Positions 19,057 to 27,683 of a stretch of 51,497 nucleotides of DNA are shown piece after piece. Source of the DNA: a virus (Duplodnaviria; Caudoviricetes); IMG/VR virus record IMGVR_UViG_3300027887_000015, positions 1-51,497 of that record. The stretch is one strand, 5' to 3'. The notes under the pieces are model-generated. The model did not search any database. It was not told the DNA's origin and saw nothing but the letters and a program-made list of their open reading frames with translations. Within the stretch, counting starts at the first letter, position 1. Every line of letters starts with the position of its first letter. The position numbers and the translations under genes were made by a program.

Positions 19057-20308
19057 TGAATCGTGCCATGGCTAGTGGGTTAGAAAAATCCAGCACTCCA
19101 TCCCAATGAACACCCCGCAAAATTCTTGCCCCCCACTGTGGTATGTCCGAGATAGCCCACAGGGCTAACTGATCACCTTGCCTCAGGCGAGCTAGGGCGG
19201 CTGTGGCTACCTGCTTCACATCCGCCGGAAGCCCGAGACCCTCATTGATGCGCCAAGCTATCGTGTTGAAGAAGCTACCCCAGACCTCAGAAGTGATCTT
19301 AAGATCACTCGGTAGCCATCCGTACCTTGCCCAAGCATAGGCACCGATATCGATGTCCGCATTGAGCGTAATCTTCGTCACCCCCAACGACTTGGCAAAG
19401 TCCACCAAGGTGCTGATGACTTGCTTGCCAACACCCTTACCCTGTGCCGACGCAGGCAGACCTATGCCAGCAAGGTACAAGCTGCTGTCTGCTTTCAGGA
19501 GGAAGATCAGATCAGAAGATTCTTCCAGGCCAAACATTCTCCCGTTAAACCAGAACCCAAGATTCCCATCCATGCCTGAGCGCAGACCAAAATGGTATTT
19601 GCGGCTCCACTCCTCTAGATCTTGCTGAATCTCCCTGAACGAGACACCGGTCAACAGCTCTACCACCTCACGAGGATCACGCTTAACAAGCTTGTTCCAG
19701 GCATCTACAACCTTAGCCTCGGAAAATGTCTCGGGAAATGCTGCCTTGATGTCAGCGTCAGTGAAATTAGTGGACAAAGGCAACGGGAACGCTGCCTGCC
19801 ACGAAGCCGTCTGCTCAATGGTCGGGACCTTGTCCTCCGGGACCAGGATGCCTCGACAGTACGGATGATAGGGGGGGATGTGCCAGTTGCTGCGAATGAT
19901 ATCAATATCATCCATGTCCGCCAGGGCATCGAGAGAGGCTTTGTCCTTCTTCGGCCAGGGCTGCAAACTTCTTAGGTCGTCCGGATTGTCAGTGGCTAAG
20001 ATGATATCGAGTGCTTTACTGGCATCGGAGACAAAGAACACCTTGCCATGCATGATTTTGCAGACCGGGCAGATCTTGGTGTCGAGTTGCTCGCTCACTG
20101 CGTACCTCTGCACATCAGTGGCGTTAGCTTCCAGCGTGAAGCCATAGGCCGACACCCGAGAGGTGTGCAGACCTGAAATCATTTGCAAAAGCTTGTCGCC
20201 TTCCTTCCGGAAGCTCACGAACTCCTGAGCTAGGTTGAGCTTGGTCTCTGCCTTACGGATAGGAGACTTGGTCAAACACTCTGCGAGTTCAAGAGTCAGA
20301 TCAGCCAC
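19037..20308 (-). CDS. MuF (SPP1 gp7-like) head protein, C-terminal part, fused to a GNAT acetyltransferase domain
   Basis: LD.KICPVC..MHGKVF and PPYHPYCRG MuF motifs; QGKGVG acetyl-CoA motif and GAYAWARYGW; GTG start at 20308 after GGAGG. Confidence 0.85.
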   Translation of the reverse strand: MADLTLELAECLTKSPIRKAETKLNLAQEFVSFRKEGDKLLQMISGLHTSRVSAYGFTLEANATDVQRYAVSEQLDTKICPVCKIMHGKVFFVSDASKALDIILATDNPDDLRSLQPWPKKDKASLDALADMDDIDIIRSNWHIPPYHPYCRGILVPEDKVPTIEQTASWQAAFPLPLSTNFTDADIKAAFPETFSEAKVVDAWNKLVKRDPREVVELLTGVSFREIQQDLEEWSRKYHFGLRSGMDGNLGFWFNGRMFGLEESSDLIFLLKADSSLYLAGIGLPASAQGKGVGKQVISTLVDFAKSLGVTKITLNADIDIGAYAWARYGWLPSDLKITSEVWGSFFNTIAWRINEGLGLPADVKQVATAALARLRQGDQLALWAISDIPQWGARILRGVHWDGVLDFSNPLAMARFNAYVTP

Positions 20309-21482
20309 GATCCCTCCAAGCCTTAGTCTCTGGGTCGAAGGTAGCCACCGGCTCAACAGTCACAATCGTCACCTCTATAGGACCGCGCAAAGCATTCCAA
20401 CGATAAGTCTCCTTCCTGACACCTACCACCCGGAACCTTCCAGCAGTAATAGCTTCGTTGTACACGTAACCAGACTCTTTTGCCTCACTAGCCTTGTTCT
20501 TGCTGTACGCTACTATCGGAGTACCTTTGACAAACTCCAATACCGTTGGCAATCCTTCTTGATCCGATTCCTCACTACGAATTCCATACGAGGCAGAGTT
20601 ACCACCTTCTCCTGAAGTTGCTAGCAAAGGAACATCAAAAGTGTCCCCTATCTTCCAATCGATTTGCCGTATATTTTCAAACCCATGGTACAAAAGCTCT
20701 TCAGATCCAACCGTATCAGAGTGGATAGCAGAGAGCATCTCCTTAGCCACTGACGCTAAACCAGGATCGAACATACCACCAGATAGTCTGTACCCTGAGT
20801 ACCCAGGTATCGCCATCATGTCCGCAGCAGCGGTGGCTATGGTTCTGCTGTAGCTATGGGAATACCCCCAGGAATCTGAATACTTATGCCGAAAGATCTT
20901 ATGGCTAGAAGTATCTGGCGGTTTATAACCGGGAGGGCTGTAGTAACTGCTGACAAACAACTTCGGACCAGAGGTAGAACAGAACTGCCCTCCCTTAGGT
21001 GAACCGGTAGGCTCATGGCAAGGATTGCTCTTTTTAATCTCTAGCTTGCCATTAGACGGAGAGAGCGGCGTAGTGTCCTCGTAGAGCGAGTGCTTGGAGA
21101 TCAAGTCCAGGAGGCTGCGCCGGAGATCAGCCTCTAGCTGGTTGGTGACGTAGTTCTTGAGCAGAACAGTGGTGCGCTCGATGTGCTGATCCAGGTCCTG
21201 CTTGTTAAGGTCCGTCTTCTTCGGACTACCATTGGTTAAACGGGACGCACCAAAAAGTAAGGCAGCGGTGGTGTAGTACCTGACCGCTGCCTTGTTGTCG
21301 TCTACGATCTGATCTAGAGAGAGCCGATTGGCTAAGCGGGTCGCGGTTCCATAGTCGGAGTGGAATAGGGCTTTGCGTACTGCGCCCTCAGTCTCAACAA
21401 ATATCCTGTTCCAGGATTTCTGCAGGTTCTCGTACAGGGACTTCTCGATAGCCAAGAAGGCTTCGGCATTTACCATGGTCAC
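20301..21482 (-). CDS. Helical (probable MuF N-terminal) region + tag + ADP-ribosyltransferase-like domain
   Basis: Helical first ~145 aa; IKKSNPCHEPTGSPKGGQFC tag; LLYHG...LLATS...YNEAI.GRFRV ART-like motifs. Confidence 0.65.
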   Translation of the reverse strand: MTMVNAEAFLAIEKSLYENLQKSWNRIFVETEGAVRKALFHSDYGTATRLANRLSLDQIVDDNKAAVRYYTTAALLFGASRLTNGSPKKTDLNKQDLDQHIERTTVLLKNYVTNQLEADLRRSLLDLISKHSLYEDTTPLSPSNGKLEIKKSNPCHEPTGSPKGGQFCSTSGPKLFVSSYYSPPGYKPPDTSSHKIFRHKYSDSWGYSHSYSRTIATAAADMMAIPGYSGYRLSGGMFDPGLASVAKEMLSAIHSDTVGSEELLYHGFENIRQIDWKIGDTFDVPLLATSGEGGNSASYGIRSEESDQEGLPTVLEFVKGTPIVAYSKNKASEAKESGYVYNEAITAGRFRVVGVRKETYRWNALRGPIEVTIVTVEPVATFDPETKAWRDRG

Positions 21483-22789
21483 GCATCGAACTTGATCACT
21501 TTCTTCAGCTTAACAGCTTTTCCAGTGTGTGTTCGCCATTCCGACATAGAGTGCATCTGCACACCCTTTGCTCCAGGTACTGGCTCAAACTCCAACAGGC
21601 TTATCTGCTTCGGGTCTAGCCTAGCGAAGGCTTCAGTATCGTTGAAGATGAAGAGAGGATCTGTGGGTCCTCCGGCTGCTTCACGAAACCACAGCCACTG
21701 CTTCATAAACTCCATGCGATTGGAGAGCATTTCTTTCGGAGAGAGCTTTCTCTCGTAGGTAGCAGCCCAGCCTTCACCTTCATACCCAGGCAAATAACCT
21801 GTGCGCTTCCAGCCCTTGTCTGTCTCCAGGCTAGGGTCCTCGAAAATATCAGCCTGCTTAGTGCGTATCCCAGTACGCAATTCCTGCATCAACGCGGTGT
21901 CTCGGTCTGAGCCATCATGGATACCACCGTATTCCCGGATGTCCCTTATCCACCCCTTATCGGCCCCTACTCCACGAGTAGCTTGATCTAGGAGAGCATC
22001 CACATCAATCCGGCCATTCAAGAATGCGTGAGTGAGACGCATAGCATTGCGAATCTCCAACGCTACCTTGGGATCATCAGTGAAGGACACCGTAGTATCG
22101 TCCCCTCCACCAAGACCCAAACCACTTTGCTGCGAAAGCTCGTCACGAGACTTCAGCCCTTCCTCGACCACCTTATCTCTTGCTGTAGTAACGTGATACA
22201 GCGTGGCAGGGAGGTCCTTGTATCCATCAGGATTGCCAGAGTCTGAGCCTCTCCAACCAAGTTTCTCTGCTTCAGCAGCAGGAAGAGTGCCTAGCGATAC
22301 CGCTTCACCTATCTCACGATTCCATTGCCGTACCAGCTTCTTCTCTTCCTGGTACAGCCCCTCATTCATCTTGCCATCGGCACCAACCCAGTTGATTTCT
22401 GGCTTCTTGCCAAAACGACCAGCAGAGCAAAACTGACCTCCCTTACCACTACCCGCAGGTTCGTGGCAAGGGTTTCCTGAGCCCTTACGAGTACGAGACA
22501 GCCTACGCCCTTGCAAAGGAAAAAAATCAGTAGTCAAGCCCCCTGAATCAACATGTTGCTTTGGAATAAGGTCGAAAAAATTACGGTTCTTTCTAGGAGC
22601 TACAACCCTGCTCTTAAGAGGAGGGTCTATAGAATACTGTGGTTCACTGGTGGGCTCTATTTCATCATAGTATGAGTCCAAGCTATCCAACAAAAGATTA
22701 CGTCTACCGCGAATTTTTGACGCAAAAGTAAACCTCCCCTTAGCATCATGGTAGGGGTTGTATTTGAGGATGGTGAAGTATTCAATCAT
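21479..22789 (-). CDS. Doubly tagged protein with C-terminal ART-like domain
   Basis: ILKYNPYHDAKGRF and TRKGSGNPCHEPAGSGKGGQFC; LYHVT...GLKS...VSFT...SEWR. Confidence 0.6.
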   Translation of the reverse strand: MIEYFTILKYNPYHDAKGRFTFASKIRGRRNLLLDSLDSYYDEIEPTSEPQYSIDPPLKSRVVAPRKNRNFFDLIPKQHVDSGGLTTDFFPLQGRRLSRTRKGSGNPCHEPAGSGKGGQFCSAGRFGKKPEINWVGADGKMNEGLYQEEKKLVRQWNREIGEAVSLGTLPAAEAEKLGWRGSDSGNPDGYKDLPATLYHVTTARDKVVEEGLKSRDELSQQSGLGLGGGDDTTVSFTDDPKVALEIRNAMRLTHAFLNGRIDVDALLDQATRGVGADKGWIRDIREYGGIHDGSDRDTALMQELRTGIRTKQADIFEDPSLETDKGWKRTGYLPGYEGEGWAATYERKLSPKEMLSNRMEFMKQWLWFREAAGGPTDPLFIFNDTEAFARLDPKQISLLEFEPVPGAKGVQMHSMSEWRTHTGKAVKLKKVIKFDA

Positions 22790-23184
22790 CCTTCTTTGCC
22801 TTTACCTTTTGCTGACGCTTTCCTCTTGTCGTATTTGTCCATCAACTCCTTGGCTTTCATAAAGTAAGCATAGGTGTTGTCGAAGGTGTCCTTACGAGGA
22901 CCTAGTGCAGCAGATGCCCGTCTACGAATTTTAGCTCTAAGGTAGTCCTCTTTGTTTGGACCGTGCAATCGATCTAAAACCTCGTCAATCTCCCCCTGCA
23001 TACGTACTTGTCTAGCTTTCTTGTTTTCTGGCTTAGCATCTGCAGCAGAGTCTGTCTCTCCTGGTCCGTGTTTACCACTAGAACAAAACTGCCCACCATC
23101 TGGGCTACCTTTAGGAGCGTGACAAGGGTTTCCCTGGGCCTTCTCTACCTGGAACAAAATACCGGCACGGTGAAAGATGCTCAT
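22786..23184 (-). CDS. Small tagged basic helical protein
   Basis: VEKAQGNPCHAPKGSPDGGQFC followed by ~95 basic residues; coupled on both sides. Confidence 0.7.
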   Translation of the reverse strand: MSIFHRAGILFQVEKAQGNPCHAPKGSPDGGQFCSSGKHGPGETDSAADAKPENKKARQVRMQGEIDEVLDRLHGPNKEDYLRAKIRRRASAALGPRKDTFDNTYAYFMKAKELMDKYDKRKASAKGKGKEG

Positions 23185-23450
23185 TAGTCAAAATCCTCTG
23201 AGTTGACAAGCCCAGGTCCTAGGTAGTCCTCACAGGTCTTGTGAAAGTCACACCAAGTGATATTAGGATCACTGGTATCAGCCGCTGATCGATGCTGAGG
23301 ACAATCCCACTGCTCACACTCAGCACTGCAAAAAGTATCGTGGATCATTTCTTGCGCTTCTTCCAACAGTCCCAACAAACTATGCCACTGCTTAGAAGGA
23401 AAAAAACTCCTACTATGGCAAACGTCACCATCCCCCAGATTTCTAGCCAA
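23184..23450 (-). CDS. Small Cys-rich hypothetical protein (start may be the internal MIHDTFC)
   Basis: DTFC...C...C..H...C..H..C; stop overlaps the next ATG. Confidence 0.5.
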   Translation of the reverse strand: MARNLGDGDVCHSRSFFPSKQWHSLLGLLEEAQEMIHDTFCSAECEQWDCPQHRSAADTSDPNITWCDFHKTCEDYLGPGLVNSEDFD

Positions 23451-23501
23451 TAGATTTGGGCATCGATAGCAGCGTGTTGCATGTAAGCAAAATACAACCT
23501 C

Positions 23502-23714
23502 CTAACCCCTCGGATTAGAGGGTCCTACCCACTCATCATTGACAATCCAGCCTTTTTCAACAGCCGCCTTGTAAACCGGAAGGTGACGGAAGGTATCCAA
23601 ATCAGTAACAACTGACATGAAGGCCGGAGATTTGTAGGGTGGGAGATCCCAGGTCCTCTTGGTCCAATCTGCGTTATCCAAGTCAGCATCGATGTTATAC
23701 GCTTTACGAGCCAT
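23502..23714 (-). CDS. Small partner protein downstream of the JAB-ART polyprotein
   Basis: GAGGTG RBS; 70 aa, NADWTKRTWDLPPYKS...FRHLPVYKAAV. Confidence 0.75.
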   Translation of the reverse strand: MARKAYNIDADLDNADWTKRTWDLPPYKSPAFMSVVTDLDTFRHLPVYKAAVEKGWIVNDEWVGPSNPRG

Positions 23715-23722
23715 GACGCACC

Positions 23723-26518
23723 TCAGAAGGGTATGTCCTTATCTAAAGGAGATGTATATCTACCAGGATTCTCTTCAAGCATTCTTTTACGTGCTGCTTT
23801 TACCTCTGCTGTTACTGCTTCAGCAGTTGTCTCATAAGACCCATCCAATATGGCATTGTAGGCAATGAGGGCAGGCTGCGCTTCACGAGCAGTCTGATAG
23901 TTATCCCCTGTCATACCATACTGAGGATTCTCATCAAACTCTTTTCCAGCAATCGTTGCCTGTACCCGCTGCTCCTGCCTGTATTTATCTGCTGTCTCGG
24001 GTAGAGTAGCCGCTGTAATGCTCATTATCGGGTCCCCTCTACCACCATTAGCAGTCGTTGGTACAAGGGATATGTACTTGGCTTTCTGTACTCCTCCAAG
24101 TACCACAAACTCATCCTCTCCTTTGCACCCAAATCCCGTCTCACATGTAGACAATATTTTAGAGGCTGGAACCTTGATCATAAATACGGACCCAGTTTTG
24201 TTGTACTTTGAGTACTGGCTATGGGATGTCTCCGCTACAAATCCTTGGGCAGAATCAGCGGAGTAAGCAAAAGAAGACATAGGCTGAAGTTGAAACTCTG
24301 TCTCTCCCACAGAGACAGTATAGCTGGTAGACATCACAGGAAGATTACGATCATCAGTCCCAGGCACAGAGAAGGTAATCGACTTCTGTGCCTTTCCATA
24401 TTCTGACTGCGGAAGATTAACCCCCCTAAATAAGATCAGCTCTTTGATCCCAGCCTCGGCAAGAAGCTCCTGGGTCAGATCGTACTGAGCCCTAAGAAAC
24501 TTGCGGTAAAAAGTCTCTTTGGAAGTACCTTTACCATACAGAGCCCAGGCTTCATTGTATTGATAGTCATCCGGAGTATTTGAATGTAGATGACCCATAT
24601 CTGCCAGATCAAGACCAAACTCATCCTTTGCTGCTAGCTGCAGAACTATAGACCTGGCATCGTGGTCCCCAGAAGTATTTGCCCACCTATGAATTAACTC
24701 TCTTACCTCGTCGTACATCTTTTCATGTAGGTATTTTTCCTTCTCCTCTGCATACAAGTCTGGGTCTAGATTACTTAGTACCTCCTCCAACTTTCCTGTA
24801 GAGGAAAGCAAAGTAACCATATCCATCTTATCAAACACTGCTGGGTTGTCTGCGCTTACAGGACCTAAACGATTGGCTACCTCTTCTGTGTCTAGAGCAA
24901 GCATTTCTCTGTGGTTTACAATGTGCCCCTCAGGAAACACTTTATCTAACGCTTCCTTCATCTCCAACAAAGAAAGCCGTGAGGACAGCTTCATTAAAGC
25001 AGTAAAAGAAGTAAAGCCCTTATCCCCAAGATACCCTTCAAACGCTGTCATGGCTTCTGGGTCATTCAATAACTTGTTAGCCACCCTGGCTTGAACACGT
25101 ATCTTAGACTTTGCACCGGAGGCATCGTCATCATTTTTACCCCACCGAGTACCAAATAGCTTCTGTAGCTTCTTCAGGTCCTCTTGAGATCTTTGTATAT
25201 CGTTTTCCGATATCTTGCCTTCACTAGCCATCCCACACACAGACAGGGGGGCAAACTTTCCGCTCTTCGGATCGTGGCAAGGGTTTCCCTCTCCTTTAAG
25301 AATGGAGAGGAACTTTGTCACCTTGTCCTGCTTCTTCTTGAGGGCTTTGGTTAGCCTCTTACCCCACTTGTTAAATATGACAATCTCTCGATACAGCTTA
25401 GCCATATCTCTTTGCGCTAGGGGTACTTTGTTGAGGATGACCCCAGACTTGATGTAGGTCCTGGCTACCGAATCATCTATTAGCGGAAGGATGTACTTGT
25501 GCTCATCAGATATGACACTAGCAAACCCCTTTTGATTGGTGAGCACCCCCTGTATTTCCTTACGCAGAGACTCAAAACTCTGACCATCCTCTTCAAGGAT
25601 TTCATTTGCCCTTCTGAGATGATCACCTTCCTTGTGAATGGTAAAAGACTTGATGAAGCCAAAATCAGCTAGCACCTGGAGGGCTAAGGTACGCTCCATA
25701 GCCTGATAGGCTTTCTCACAATCAAACTGAGTGGCACACTTCTTAGAACCAACATGCCCCTGTGAAACACCCTCCAACATAGGAGCTTTGTACCGCAGGG
25801 TGTAATATGCAGCCCCCATAGCGGCATTGAATACTCCCTTCATCCAAATGAACGCTTCACTAGCATCTGAACTGTAGGCACCTAAATAAGCAGGATCGTG
25901 ATCCACCATGCCGTACCAGCCATCCGGCATAGTGACTCCCATCAACCCACCATCAGCACTGCAGGCGAGCATCTCTTTCGCCCCCCACAGTCCTGCTACT
26001 AAACAATCTCCTACCGACAACCCTGCTAGTTGATTGGGGTGGTTGTGAAGAACCACCCTTCCCTCAAGGTTTGCCAATTGCTCAGCAACCATAGGAACAT
26101 GATGTGCAGAGCCCTCTATAAACAGATCGTCAGCCGTACCATCCTTGGTTGCGAAGAGAGCTTCTGTAGTTTGCTTGCCAGCATTTTCGAGGTCAGCTTC
26201 ACGCTGTATCAGGCTCGACATCTTCTCCACGAGCCAGTCTTTTATCTCCAGCGAATGCTTAGGCCCGGCTGACCCCAAATTGCACACCTCTGAGGGCGCA
26301 AATTGCCCGCCCTTGCCTTCAGGAGCCCCGGCAGGGTGGTGGCAAGGGTTACCACTGGAATCGGCCTTAAAAGCCTTATTTGGGGTGAGAAACACTACAT
26401 CACCATCAGCAAAGATGACTTTGGCAAGCTCGTAATCCTGGTCGCTACACGGAGTGAAATCCCGCTTCATGTAGACTACGGTTGCGTCTCTACCGCTGAC
26501 AGTGGTGTTAACGATCAT
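23723..26518 (-). CDS. Polyprotein: ~50 aa leader + tag + JAB/MPN domain + tag + R-S-E ADP-ribosyltransferase
   Basis: E...HNHPNQLAGLSVGD (JAMM-like); LFRGV...QPMSSF...EDEFVVL (ART); two tags. Confidence 0.78.
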   Translation of the reverse strand: MIVNTTVSGRDATVVYMKRDFTPCSDQDYELAKVIFADGDVVFLTPNKAFKADSSGNPCHHPAGAPEGKGGQFAPSEVCNLGSAGPKHSLEIKDWLVEKMSSLIQREADLENAGKQTTEALFATKDGTADDLFIEGSAHHVPMVAEQLANLEGRVVLHNHPNQLAGLSVGDCLVAGLWGAKEMLACSADGGLMGVTMPDGWYGMVDHDPAYLGAYSSDASEAFIWMKGVFNAAMGAAYYTLRYKAPMLEGVSQGHVGSKKCATQFDCEKAYQAMERTLALQVLADFGFIKSFTIHKEGDHLRRANEILEEDGQSFESLRKEIQGVLTNQKGFASVISDEHKYILPLIDDSVARTYIKSGVILNKVPLAQRDMAKLYREIVIFNKWGKRLTKALKKKQDKVTKFLSILKGEGNPCHDPKSGKFAPLSVCGMASEGKISENDIQRSQEDLKKLQKLFGTRWGKNDDDASGAKSKIRVQARVANKLLNDPEAMTAFEGYLGDKGFTSFTALMKLSSRLSLLEMKEALDKVFPEGHIVNHREMLALDTEEVANRLGPVSADNPAVFDKMDMVTLLSSTGKLEEVLSNLDPDLYAEEKEKYLHEKMYDEVRELIHRWANTSGDHDARSIVLQLAAKDEFGLDLADMGHLHSNTPDDYQYNEAWALYGKGTSKETFYRKFLRAQYDLTQELLAEAGIKELILFRGVNLPQSEYGKAQKSITFSVPGTDDRNLPVMSTSYTVSVGETEFQLQPMSSFAYSADSAQGFVAETSHSQYSKYNKTGSVFMIKVPASKILSTCETGFGCKGEDEFVVLGGVQKAKYISLVPTTANGGRGDPIMSITAATLPETADKYRQEQRVQATIAGKEFDENPQYGMTGDNYQTAREAQPALIAYNAILDGSYETTAEAVTAEVKAARKRMLEENPGRYTSPLDKDIPF

Positions 26519-27501
26519 TGTTTGTGTGCTTCGTAGTAGGCTATCTGCCCAGCCAAATAGGCTTCCCGTATTGACTTATCCATCCATGAGCTTTTTACAA
26601 ACTTGAATAGGTCTGTCCACGAGGACCTTTCTGGAGTAGAAAGCCTAGATCTTCGAGCGGCATACTCTGCAAGAGTCTCCGTTACAGGAGAAAGAAAATC
26701 GATGTAAGTAGTGGTTTTACGAGATACGTAATCGTTATAGGCTTGCCACCACTTACTACTGTAAGCAGTAATCCCATCCTCTTTTTTCAGCCTGTCAAAC
26801 TTCGCAAACATGAAATTGTGAAAATTGTAGAGGTGTGAGTACTTGTCTTTGTACTTCTTATCCATCTTGGGCCATTTGCCGGTCTTGTAATCCATCATAG
26901 GATTTGCCCTTACCGGCATAGGCTCCCCTCTCCTCCTCCCTCCTTCATGCTCCCAATCGCTCCACGCACTTTGGTAGTCGTCCATGGCTTTTCGTTCTTC
27001 TCTTTCAAACGCCTCAAAAGTTGCACGAAACATATGATGCATTATTTCGTGGGATACAATGGAATTTACATCGCTAATGAGATTTTGCTCTGCGTTAATC
27101 CTGCGCCACTGATCACCAGAGGAATACTCTGACATAAAATCCTTAACCGTAATGGGTAAGTAAATGTCTATCTCCCCCTTTCTAGGAGTGTCATGGGTAT
27201 ACGCAACACCAGCAGCATCATGCGTCTCCCCATTAAGATCAAAGGTATACCCCTTATCAGTTACATGGATCAACTCTAGAGGGTATCCCAGCGTAGAGGC
27301 TACAGACTCAACTTGCTTAATAAGCAGCCTCTCAAGGGGGTGTAATTCCCTGTTTGAGTCCTGAAGATCAAGATGTATTTTGTCTCCCAAAGAATGAGCT
27401 ATGTCATGCCTAGACATTCCACAAGATGCCAAAGGAGCAAACTTGCCCGTCTTAGGATCGTGACAGGGGTTCCCCTCTCCTTTGAGAATGGCGGCAAACA
27501 T
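26515..27501 (-). CDS. Tagged zincin metallopeptidase
   Basis: ILKGEGNPCHDPKTGKF; HEIMH (HExxH) and downstream ETLAE. Confidence 0.78.
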   Translation of the reverse strand: MFAAILKGEGNPCHDPKTGKFAPLASCGMSRHDIAHSLGDKIHLDLQDSNRELHPLERLLIKQVESVASTLGYPLELIHVTDKGYTFDLNGETHDAAGVAYTHDTPRKGEIDIYLPITVKDFMSEYSSGDQWRRINAEQNLISDVNSIVSHEIMHHMFRATFEAFEREERKAMDDYQSAWSDWEHEGGRRRGEPMPVRANPMMDYKTGKWPKMDKKYKDKYSHLYNFHNFMFAKFDRLKKEDGITAYSSKWWQAYNDYVSRKTTTYIDFLSPVTETLAEYAARRSRLSTPERSSWTDLFKFVKSSWMDKSIREAYLAGQIAYYEAHKQ

Positions 27502-27680
27502 TAGGGGCCTATCTTGGTATCAGGGTTCAACATGTCCTTAGCGTCTTCCAGAGCCATCAACACCTCTGGATTAGCTGGCATGTCCTCAAGCTGACGAATC
27601 CAAGCTTCGATCTCTCCCTTTGAAGAGTACCTGGAGATAGGCGGATCGATCAGGTAGTAGCTATTGTTTTGCGGTTTCAT
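27501..27680 (-). CDS. Small acidic partner protein (59 aa, below ORF-track cutoff)
   Basis: GGAG RBS; MKPQNNSYYLIDPPISRYSSKGEIEAWIRQLEDMPANPEVLMALEDAKDMLNPDTKIGP*; TAATG coupling to the next gene. Confidence 0.7.
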   Translation of the reverse strand: MKPQNNSYYLIDPPISRYSSKGEIEAWIRQLEDMPANPEVLMALEDAKDMLNPDTKIGP

Positions 27681-27683
27681 ACA

